From: an uncultured candidate division Zixibacteria bacterium
GTDB lineage: Bacteria; Zixibacteria; MSB-5A5; GN15; PGXB01
Length of the DNA: 64,000 bases
Direction of reading: 5' to 3'
NCBI GenBank assembly: GCA_963702205.1
Contig: OY969724.1
Location: 3,360,001-3,424,000, forward strand
Shown here: in pieces, positions 37,169-46,050 of the stretch
How positions within the stretch are numbered: position 1 is the first letter of the stretch
How the letters are laid out: every line of letters begins with the position of its first letter
Notes under the pieces: model-generated
Told to the model about the DNA's origin: nothing
Databases searched by the model: none
The model's input: the letters and a program-made list of their open reading frames with translations, nothing else
Program-made: the position numbers and the translations under genes

Positions 37169-38041
37169 TTAGTCTTCTTGATCTTCGCCGGATGAGCCAT
37201 TGAATGTCTTCTCAAAACTGCTCATCACCGATCCCCAGGCTTTGTCGAAATAATCGTACACCGCCTGCCAGTCCTCTCCCTCACCCCAGCCATGATGCGT
37301 CAGCGTTACTTTGACTTTATTATCAGGCAACGGTTCGAACTGCATGGCGACAATAGTGTGAGTTCCTCGCAGGTCGCCGAACGAAGGCGGTGCGTTCCAC
37401 TCGAAACTCAGCATTTTTTTGGGCAGGTAGCTCAAGACCCGGCAGAATTCCGAGCCCCGGGACCCGTACGGGGCCGACATATCAAAATAGATTTCGTACG
37501 GTCCGCCGACGCGCAGATCGACCCTGGCGTTGGGCGAAAAGAACGATTTTACTCCCTCGGTCGTAGTCCATGCCTTCCAGACGTCATCGAGCGACGCCGT
37601 CACCGTTACCTCTTTAACGACGGCTTTATCGGTCGGCTCCGTGACAAATCGATACGGCGGCGTGTAATCGCACAGGAGCGACACGTTCATTTTCGACATT
37701 TTATAGGTGTGGAGCCCGGCAACGACCGATGGCTCCGTATCCATTATTTCGTGGGCTTCCTGTTCGGAGGCGACCTGCAGGATTATAAGGCCAAACTTAA
37801 AATCGAATACCGGTCCGGCCGTGATGACCTTTTTATCGTGGGTCAGCCTTTTAAGATATTGAAAATGTTTGGACATTATCTTCAATTCTTCGGGGGTTAC
37901 GTCATCGGGCCAGGTGGGCCTGGTGCCGATCAACTCAACGAGGTACTGCTCGGGCCGCTCCATCTTCTTTCCTCCATCCTGAGCCGATATTGTTGGTATC
38001 GAGAATATCAGCAATAATACTGCTATGACGGTTTTTTTCAT
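37169..38041 (-). CDS. Exported YciI-domain + SRPBCC (AHSA1-like) domain protein
   Basis: Signal peptide; YciI-like 'H..YLK.L..AGP..GLII..EPSV'; SRPBCC 'VWKAWTT.EG..F', 'DLRVGG', 'LSFEW'. Start set at ATG 38041. Confidence 0.82.
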   Translation of the reverse strand: MKKTVIAVLLLIFSIPTISAQDGGKKMERPEQYLVELIGTRPTWPDDVTPEELKIMSKHFQYLKRLTHDKKVITAGPVFDFKFGLIILQVASEQEAHEIMDTEPSVVAGLHTYKMSKMNVSLLCDYTPPYRFVTEPTDKAVVKEVTVTASLDDVWKAWTTTEGVKSFFSPNARVDLRVGGPYEIYFDMSAPYGSRGSEFCRVLSYLPKKMLSFEWNAPPSFGDLRGTHTIVAMQFEPLPDNKVKVTLTHHGWGEGEDWQAVYDYFDKAWGSVMSSFEKTFNGSSGEDQED

Positions 38042-38154
38042 TAGACTTTTTCCTTGTTGAATTGTCACAAAGTTGGTTGGATTTTTATTACCAATGTGCC
38101 TGCTAAGCGCGAACCTGTCAAGGACATAATGATTATTGTTTTAAGGGGATCAAT

Positions 38155-38187
38155 AATTTATCCTGCATTGTTGACAAATCGTGTCGA
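38155..38187 (-). promoter_or_regulatory. Second candidate WYL/PafBC-type box, upstream of the YciI-SRPBCC gene
   Basis: Minus strand TCGACA-N5-TGTCAA-N10-TAAATT. Confidence 0.4.
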
Positions 38188-38229
38188 ACAGATTCGACAA
38201 AGAAGCGTTAAAAATGTAAAGGAAAATTG

Positions 38230-39492
38230 ATGGATAAATTTGTTATTTCCGGCGGGATGAAGCTGAGCGGGACTGTCAGGACCGACGGCTCGAAAAATGC
38301 TGCATTACCGATTATCGCCGGGGCCATACTGGTCTCGTCCGGCGAAGTCACCCTTCACAATATTCCCAACCTGCGCGATATATTCACGATCAAGAAGTTA
38401 TTGGAAAGTCTCGGGGCCAAAGTCGATTATACTCCCGACGAAGGCACCATGGTCATCGACAGCAGCGAGCTTACCAACAATGTCGCCCCCTACGATCTCG
38501 TCCGTCAGATGCGAGCGTCATTTCTGGTGCTGGGTCCGCTTCTGAGTCGCATGCACGAGGCCAAAGTGTCCCTTCCGGGCGGTTGCACTCTCGGAGCGCG
38601 GCCGGTCGATTTTCATATCAAAGGATTTCAGGAACTGGGGGCGGAGTTGACCGAGGACGCTGGTTACATCGTTGCCCGGGCCAAAAAACTTGAAGGCGCG
38701 ACCGTCATATTCGACCGACCTTCCCACACCGGCACCGAGAACCTGATTTTCGGCGCGACTCTGGCTGCGGGAACCACCCGAATCATAAATGCCGCGTGCG
38801 ATCCGGAAATTGTCGATGTTTCCAATTTTTTGAACGAAGCCGGGGCCAAAATCTCCGGGGCGGGCACGGCGACAATCATGATAGAAGGCGTAACCGAATT
38901 AAGGCCAATAACTTATCGTGTCTCGGGAGATCGCCTGGTGGCCGGCACATATATGTTTGCCGCCGCCGCTACCGGGAGCAATCTGGAGATTGAGCGCATC
39001 AACCCTCTTCATCTTACCATGGTTTCCCGTAAATTATATGAGATGGGCTGCGAGATCACCGAAGAACGAGACAAGCTTAGCATCAAGGCTCCCAAGCGGT
39101 TAAAGCCTGTCAAGGCGGTAACCTACCCCTTCCCCGGCTTTCCAACCGATCTTCAGGCTTGTTTAATGGCCGCGGCGACCACGGCCGAGGGAACAAGTAG
39201 TATAAAAGAGACTGTTTTTGAAGACAGGTTTGCCCACGTTATGGAGCTCCGTCGGCTGGGGGCCGATGTGACCGTCACCGGTGACGAAGCTATAATCAAC
39301 GGTGTAAAACACCTTAAAGGAACATCAGTCATGGCCTCCGATATCAGGGCCGGGGCCGGTCTGGTTATAGCCTGCCTCGCGGCGGAGGGTGAAAGCGAAG
39401 TCCTGAGGGTTTACCATATAGACCGTGGCTATGAAAAGCTTGAGCAAAAACTTTCAGCGTTAGGGGCCGATATAAAAAGAACAGACCGTTAA
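38230..39492 (+). CDS. murA: UDP-N-acetylglucosamine 1-carboxyvinyltransferase
   Basis: 'GSKNAALP', 'MRAS', catalytic Cys loop 'LPGGCTLGARPVDFH', 'FPGFPTDLQ', 'DIRAG', 'HIDRGY'. Confidence 0.97.
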   Translation: MDKFVISGGMKLSGTVRTDGSKNAALPIIAGAILVSSGEVTLHNIPNLRDIFTIKKLLESLGAKVDYTPDEGTMVIDSSELTNNVAPYDLVRQMRASFLVLGPLLSRMHEAKVSLPGGCTLGARPVDFHIKGFQELGAELTEDAGYIVARAKKLEGATVIFDRPSHTGTENLIFGATLAAGTTRIINAACDPEIVDVSNFLNEAGAKISGAGTATIMIEGVTELRPITYRVSGDRLVAGTYMFAAAATGSNLEIERINPLHLTMVSRKLYEMGCEITEERDKLSIKAPKRLKPVKAVTYPFPGFPTDLQACLMAAATTAEGTSSIKETVFEDRFAHVMELRRLGADVTVTGDEAIINGVKHLKGTSVMASDIRAGAGLVIACLAAEGESEVLRVYHIDRGYEKLEQKLSALGADIKRTDR

Positions 39493-39508
39493 CGCTTAAA
39501 ACTAACAT

Positions 39509-42500
39509 ATGAAGCGGAATTTTAACATGTTGAGAAAATGCATTTTATTGGTGAGCCTCACGATTTTGATAGCCGGTTCGGTCGGAGCCCAGGAAACTTA
39601 TTTCGGAAAGAATAAAGTTCAATACGAAACGTTCGACTGGCGCTATATCCAGACCCGGCATTTCGATATTTATTTTTATGGCCGGAGCTATGACAATGCC
39701 AAATACGCCGCCAAAGTACTGGAAAACGCCTATAACGTCATAACCTGTCAGATAAACTATCAAATCCACACGCGCGTCCCGGTTTTTCTGTACAGCGCTC
39801 GAAACGATTTCCAACAGACTAATATTGTACCATCACTTATCAGCGAAGGTGTCGGTGGTTTTACCGAGGCTTCGAAAAACCGGGTGGCGATCTATAATGA
39901 AGGTTCGGTCGAAGATCTCAGGCACGTCCTGCACCATGAGCTGACTCACGCCATAATTTACGATATGATTTATGGCAACCTGTTCACGTCGCTGTTGAGT
40001 CGGCGACGCCTGTTTAACCTGCCACTATGGTTCGCCGAGGGTTATGCTGAATATAGCTCTCGCAAAGAATGGCACTACCGGGCCGATATGATTGTCCGCG
40101 ACGCCACCGTCAATAATTACCTGGCACCTCCGGACTATATCGGCGGCGGGATGGAATATTACGAGGGCTACGCCATGGTGCGCTTCATTGCTGAAACGTA
40201 TGGGCAGGAAAAAATCGGCGAGCTTCTTGCCAAGGGCAAGGTTTATCTCACTATGGATAAAGCGATCGAGGCCGCGATTGGTGTCAAGCCCGAGGAGTTC
40301 TGGGACAAATTCTCGCTGGAAATGAAACGCCGTTACTGGCCGGAAATTTCTCTGCGCAAGCAGCCCGATGAAATCGGAAAGGCTCTCACCGATCATACCA
40401 AGGATGAATCGCATTATAATGCCAAACCGGTCTTTTCGCCGCAGGGGGACAAGCTGGCCATCTTCTCCGACCGCAGCGATTATCCGGAAATATATCTGAT
40501 TTCGGCTATCGACGGCAAGGAGATAGACAAGTTGGTCAAAGCCCAGCGATCGGGCGAAATCGAAACCGTCTATTCATATTATTCGTCGATAGGTTTTTCA
40601 CCCGACGGCGAAAAGATCGTTTTCGTAACCAAATCGCAGGGGCGCGACGCGCTTTTCTTCCTGCGTCTGAAAGGCAAAGATATTTATCTCAAGAAATACT
40701 TCGATTATAATTCCATTCTGTCGCCGGTCTGGTCACCGGACGGAACCAGGATTGCTTTCGCGGCCCTCGACGGACCCTGGCGCGACCTGGTCATATATGA
40801 CATTGAAGGCGATTCCACTTACAGTCTCATGCGCGACCGCTACGACGACATGGAACCGTCGTGGGGCCTGGATTCGAAAACAATCTTCTTCTCATCCGAT
40901 CGCCCCCATCCCCAAACCGAGAAAATACTGTCGGATCTGACTCAGGACCTCGGCGACGGAATAAAATATTCGACGATATACACCGATCATAAGTACGGCA
41001 ATTACAGCATTTTCTCGATAAACATCGACACCCGCAGGATTACGCCGATCATGTGCGGCCTGGGGCAAAACCGCGAACCGGTGGTGTCCCCCGACGGTAA
41101 AAAAATATGTTTTGTTTCTAATCGCAACGGGATCGACAACCTGTACATTTCGTACCTCGATTCCTCTTCGACGTTCGCAATAACCGATATATTAACCGGC
41201 ACCCAGTCGCCCTCGTGGTCACCGGACGGCACCAAAATAGCCTTCTCCTCTTTCCAAAAGGGCGGTTATGACGTCTTTGTCATAAAGGACATCCAACCCG
41301 CCGGAAATAACGGCGTTCTGGAACCGACCGGATTCGTTAAAGGCGAATACGGCCAGCCGATACCGTCACCATGCACGAAAGATTCGGAAGAGATCGCGGC
41401 CGTCGATACAACCGCCGATAGTACTATCGTTCATCCCCTGGTTCAGGCGGAGGGTTCATTCACTCCCGCCGATTCCGCCGCAGCCGATACGACCGCCGAT
41501 AGTACCCAGCATGCCGCGGTCGACAGTACAAGAATCGAAGGCGGTGATTTCGTATACGTGGAACCGAACAAAGAAACAGAGAACCCGATGGACACGCTTT
41601 TCACGCCCGTATCCGACAGCACCGGTTCGGGCAGTACCTATCGTACCAAGGAAGAACAGGCCGTGTTCGATTCCATCGGCGCCAACAACAAACTCCCCGA
41701 TGGTGAGTACAAAGTGAAGCCGTACCGGGCCAAATTCACGCCCGATTACGTCAGCGGCGGATTTTCGTACGATTCATTTTTCGGTCTGCGCGGGCAATCG
41801 GCCTTTATATTTTCCGATTACCTCGGCGATAATCAGATATACCTGCTGACCGACCTGGTCAATACCCTCGACCAGACCAATATCATGGCCTATTATTTCT
41901 ATAACCGGCGGCGTACCAGCCTCGGGGTCGGGATTTTCCACAACCAGAATTATTATCTCGACAATCAGGATTTCCTGTTCAGTGACCGGTTGTACGGCAT
42001 GCAGTTCTTCGCCTCACATCCTTTCTCGAAATATTTCCGGACCGAGACAGAGCTGTCACAATACTTCATCGACCGGCATTATCATGACGTCGGCGATCCG
42101 CGCCAGGATCGGTCAACCAAGGTTTCTCAGGCGAAGTTATCGCTGGTCCAGGACAATATCATCTGGGGCGTTACGGGTCCTCTCGACGGGCGTCGTTCCC
42201 GGCTGGATTTCACGGCCGCCAAAGATCTGTTCAATGAAAGCGATATATCTTTCTACAGCGGCGAATTCGATTACCGCCGTTACTGGCATATAAAAAGCCT
42301 GTTTTCATTGGCCGCCCGTTTTTCGGCCGGAGCCTCGGGCGGAAGAACACCGAAAAGGTACTTCCTCGGCGGGACCACCAACTGGATCGGCAACGTTGTG
42401 GTCGATGCCTCGGTGTACGACGTCGAAAACCTGTACTTCTCGGACGTTGTCACCCCGCTCAGGGGGTTCGACTATTACGAACTTTCGGGCACCCGATATT

Positions 42501-42814
42501 TTCTGTCCAATCTGGAATTCCGTTATCCTTTCATCGATTACCTGAAAACCAACTTCCCCCTGCCGATGACCATCGGGTACGTAACCGGCAATATATTCTT
42601 CGATATGGGGTCGACCTGGGACGGGTCCGATTTCAAGGGCGGGACGACGGTTGACGGTCCGGCCCGGCTGCAGGATATTAAATCGGCTTTCGGGTTCGGA
42701 ATCCGGGGCAACCTCGGAATCTTCGTCCTGCGCTATGACCTGGCCTGGCGCACCAATTTCAGCGAGGTGGCGGCACATCCCCGAAGCTATTTCTCCCTCG
42801 GCGCCGACTTCTAA
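39509..42814 (+). CDS. Zn-metallopeptidase-like domain + TolB/PD40 beta-propeller + Omp85 (BamA/TamA-like) barrel fusion
   Basis: Signal peptide; 'FGKNKVQY'; 'HELTH' plus 'PLWFAEG.AEY'; repeated 'P.(W/F)SPDG'; Omp85 motif 'LRGF', 'NLEFRYP', 'FFD.G', terminal Phe. Confidence 0.88.
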   Translation: MKRNFNMLRKCILLVSLTILIAGSVGAQETYFGKNKVQYETFDWRYIQTRHFDIYFYGRSYDNAKYAAKVLENAYNVITCQINYQIHTRVPVFLYSARNDFQQTNIVPSLISEGVGGFTEASKNRVAIYNEGSVEDLRHVLHHELTHAIIYDMIYGNLFTSLLSRRRLFNLPLWFAEGYAEYSSRKEWHYRADMIVRDATVNNYLAPPDYIGGGMEYYEGYAMVRFIAETYGQEKIGELLAKGKVYLTMDKAIEAAIGVKPEEFWDKFSLEMKRRYWPEISLRKQPDEIGKALTDHTKDESHYNAKPVFSPQGDKLAIFSDRSDYPEIYLISAIDGKEIDKLVKAQRSGEIETVYSYYSSIGFSPDGEKIVFVTKSQGRDALFFLRLKGKDIYLKKYFDYNSILSPVWSPDGTRIAFAALDGPWRDLVIYDIEGDSTYSLMRDRYDDMEPSWGLDSKTIFFSSDRPHPQTEKILSDLTQDLGDGIKYSTIYTDHKYGNYSIFSINIDTRRITPIMCGLGQNREPVVSPDGKKICFVSNRNGIDNLYISYLDSSSTFAITDILTGTQSPSWSPDGTKIAFSSFQKGGYDVFVIKDIQPAGNNGVLEPTGFVKGEYGQPIPSPCTKDSEEIAAVDTTADSTIVHPLVQAEGSFTPADSAAADTTADSTQHAAVDSTRIEGGDFVYVEPNKETENPMDTLFTPVSDSTGSGSTYRTKEEQAVFDSIGANNKLPDGEYKVKPYRAKFTPDYVSGGFSYDSFFGLRGQSAFIFSDYLGDNQIYLLTDLVNTLDQTNIMAYYFYNRRRTSLGVGIFHNQNYYLDNQDFLFSDRLYGMQFFASHPFSKYFRTETELSQYFIDRHYHDVGDPRQDRSTKVSQAKLSLVQDNIIWGVTGPLDGRRSRLDFTAAKDLFNESDISFYSGEFDYRRYWHIKSLFSLAARFSAGASGGRTPKRYFLGGTTNWIGNVVVDASVYDVENLYFSDVVTPLRGFDYYELSGTRYFLSNLEFRYPFIDYLKTNFPLPMTIGYVTGNIFFDMGSTWDGSDFKGGTTVDGPARLQDIKSAFGFGIRGNLGIFVLRYDLAWRTNFSEVAAHPRSYFSLGADF

Positions 42815-42834
42815 AGCTGGCCTCTAAAATAACC

Positions 42835-42864
42835 AACCCCTCCTGATCTGCCGGAGGGGTTTTT
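42835..42864 (+). terminator. Intrinsic terminator
   Basis: AACCCCTCC-loop-GGAGGGGTT followed by TTTATTT. Confidence 0.75.
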
Positions 42865-43143
42865 ATTTGCCCGGCAACGGCCCGACTATGAAATATTGAT
42901 GGACAATTTGGGTAAACCCGGTATATTATTGCAACAGTAATTAACTTATAAGGCAGGGGTTTGCATTCGAAAAGGCGGGAAAATCCCAGTTTCCGCCGGA
43001 CCTCGATAAAGCTGTACCAACCATTTACCAGCAATAAGCTATAGAACCAAAACGTCGATATTAGATTATGCCGACAACTGATTCGGGGTGCTGTATCCCG
43101 GATGTCGGGCAAAATATAACCATTCCTTTCTGAGGAGGCAGTC

Positions 43144-45640
43144 ATGAAAAGACTGCATTTGATTGGTTGTCTTCTTGGTCTTCTTTTTACGGCAAGTCTG
43201 GTTTTTTTTACCAACGGTATCGCGGAGGCAATACAAGCCGCAGAAACAGCCGTGCCGAATGTCGGGGCATTCCTTGCCGCCGACGGCAGTATCGACTTTG
43301 AAGCCGCCCGGCTTTCGGGCTACGAGGGATCACTCGATCTGGATGGATACCAGGTGCATATGGATCCTCAGTCCGGCGAACCGATCGTCGCTCCGGCGTT
43401 CTTGCAGGAAATGGCCGATAGCCCAGACGATAAGTACTGGTCGCCAATTTTGACCACTTCCGGGTTGGGCATCGACGGTGACATTTATTCCCTCGCCATA
43501 TATAACAATAAGCTTATCGCGGGAGGACTTTTCACGACGGCCGGCGGACTCAGCGCTCCTCATATCGCCGCCTGGGACGGGATATCCTGGGCGCCGCTTG
43601 GAACCGGGACGGACAACAACGTAACGGCCCTGACCGTCTTCGACAATAAACTCATTGCCGGGGGGCTGTTTACAACTGCGGGCGGCAACCCGGCCGCCAA
43701 TATCGCCTCCTGGAATGGTTTCTCATGGTCCGCGCTTGGTGATGGAACCAACGGTAATGTCTATGCCTTTTCATCATTCGACGGCCAATTGATTGTCGGA
43801 GGTAATTTTACTTCCGCCGGAAGCCTGGCCGCCAACTATGTTGCCTTATGGGATGGTTCATCATGGTCGACTATGGGAACCGGCATGAATAATTTCGTGA
43901 GGGCCTTTCAGATCTATAACTCGCAGTTGTTCGCGGGCGGGAGCTTTACTACGGCTGGAGGGTCGACCGCCAATCGCATTGCCGTGTGGAATGGCACGTC
44001 GTGGTCACCGGTCGGCTCCGGGTTTAATAACAACGTCCGCGCCTTTGCTATTTATAACGGCAATCTGATCGCGGCGGGGTCTTTTACTCTCTCCGGAAGT
44101 ACAACCCTCAACCACATAGCGTCCTGGAACGGGGCGTCGTGGTCATCCATAGGTACAGGCATAAACAGCAATGTATATTGCCTTGCCATATTCAACAATA
44201 ACATCGTCGCAGGCGGCAACTTCACGGCGGCGGGCGGTGCTTCGGCACCCAATATCGCCGTCTGGAACGGCACGGCCTGGTCGTGTCCCGGATCGGGAAC
44301 AAATAATTCCGTCTTCGCCCTGACAGTTTATAATTCTGACCTCGCCGCGGGAGGTTTGTTTACAACCGCGGGAGGAGTCAATTCATCAAAAGTTTCCCTA
44401 TGGGACGGTACAATATGGAAGAATTTCAGCATGGGCCTGAATAACGTCGTTCGCGCTTTCACGAATTATGACAATAGACTGATCGCGGGCGGAAGCTTCA
44501 CCAGCGCCGGGGGCGTCGGTGCCAATTATATCGCGGCCTGGGATGGAGCGACCTGGTCGGTTTTGGGGACCGGCACCGATGGCCTGATTCGGGCATTTGC
44601 GATATATGACAACAAACTGATTGTCGGTGGATATTTCGTTAACGCCGGTGGTGTGACCTGTAATAACGTCGCGGCCTGGGATGGTTTATCATGGACTTCC
44701 CTCGGTACCGGCACGAATGATATTGTAAACAGCCTGGCCGTCTATAACGGTCGGTTGATTGCCGGCGGACAATTTACAGACGCCGGTGGTACAGGCCGTG
44801 AATTATGTCGCCGCCTGGGACGGGTTCTCCTGGTCGGCCCTTGGTTCCGGTATGAACAATTTTGTATATGCGCTCACGAATTACGCCAACAAACTGGTGG
44901 CAGGCGGAGCTTTCACCGATGCCGGAGGCGCCGTGGTGCATTTTATCGCGGCATGGGATGATATTTCATGGACCGGGCTCGGCGGCGGCGTAAACGATTA
45001 CGTTCTCGCGCTGAACGATGAGTACGCCGGTCTGCTGGTTGCCGGGGGATATTTCACTTTGGCGGATGGACTCACGGTTAACCGCATTGCGGCCTGGAAT
45101 GGGTCGGTCTGGGCACCGCTTGGCACCGGCATGAACGGCATCGTCCGCGATTTGACCGTGTTTGACTTCAAACTGTTCGCGGGCGGAGCTTTCAGTACCG
45201 CCGGAGGCATTGCCGCCGGTTACACGGCCGTTTGGGACGGTACCACATGGGGAGCGATGGGCTCAGGGCCCAACAATTTTGTCAGGGCTTTGTGCGCTTA
45301 TGACACAAGTCTGGTGGTCGGCGGCGATTTTCTGATAGCCGGAAACAAAACCGCACGATACGCCGCTGCCTGGAACAAAGCCACTATGGTAAACTGCTGC
45401 GAGACCTGGGGCACGCCCGGCGACGTCAACAGCGATAACGCCGTAAATCTCGTGGACATTTTGTACCTGATAGCTCATCTGTATAATAAACCGCCGGGAG
45501 CGGGCAACCCCAACGGTTGTGACCTCCTGATGGATGCCAACGGCGATAATGCCGTCAATCTGATAGATATATTATACCTGATAGCCTACCGGTACAACCA
45601 TCCGGCCGGACCGGCTCCCATGTGTCCCGTTCTGGAGTAG
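43144..45640 (+). pseudogene. Secreted 14-repeat beta-propeller protein with a C-terminal dockerin-like domain, split by a +1 frameshift near 44794 (real lesion or sequencing error)
   Basis: Repeats of about 48 aa ('LIAGG.FT.AGG...IA.W.G..WS.LG') continue across frames when one G of ACAGGCCGTG is removed. The tail has two 'D.N.D.AVNL.DILYLIA' motifs. Confidence 0.82.
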
Positions 45641-45702
45641 TGGTTGAAACTCGGGCGGGATCATCACAAAATTTCTCTGCGGAAGGAAGCGGATGTTCCT
45701 TT

Positions 45703-45939
45703 TCAGTCCGGACCCCGGGCGTAATCGACAACCAGAATGTTGCCTTCGTGCAGGCTCCCGTGCAGTGCGGATTTGGCCCGCTCGGCATCGCTGTCGCTTT
45801 TCATCCTGACAAAGCCATAGCCTTTATCGGCGATAATTTTGGCCGTTTCGACTTCACCATAAACTGAAAAAAGTTCCGCCAACTGACTGACGGTAGTACT
45901 ATAGGTCAGATTCCCGACGAATAATTTCCTGCCCCTCAT
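45703..45939 (-). CDS. RNA-recognition-motif (RRM) protein
   Basis: RNP2 'LFVGNL', RNP1 'KGYGFV'. Confidence 0.88.
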   Translation of the reverse strand: MRGRKLFVGNLTYSTTVSQLAELFSVYGEVETAKIIADKGYGFVRMKSDSDAERAKSALHGSLHEGNILVVDYARGPD

Positions 45940-46050
45940 GTCTTCATCCGCTTCTTACGGCGGCCCCCAAATCGTGAAGTAGCGCGATAGCGTTTGATGC
46001 ACTATCGTCACGTTTACTTAAAATTTCTTCGGTCCCGTTCAGTCCGGCTG

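Noticed and set aside
44780..44810. Programmed ribosomal frameshift or phase-variable tract
   Set aside because: There is no slippery heptamer, homopolymer or short tandem repeat at the break.
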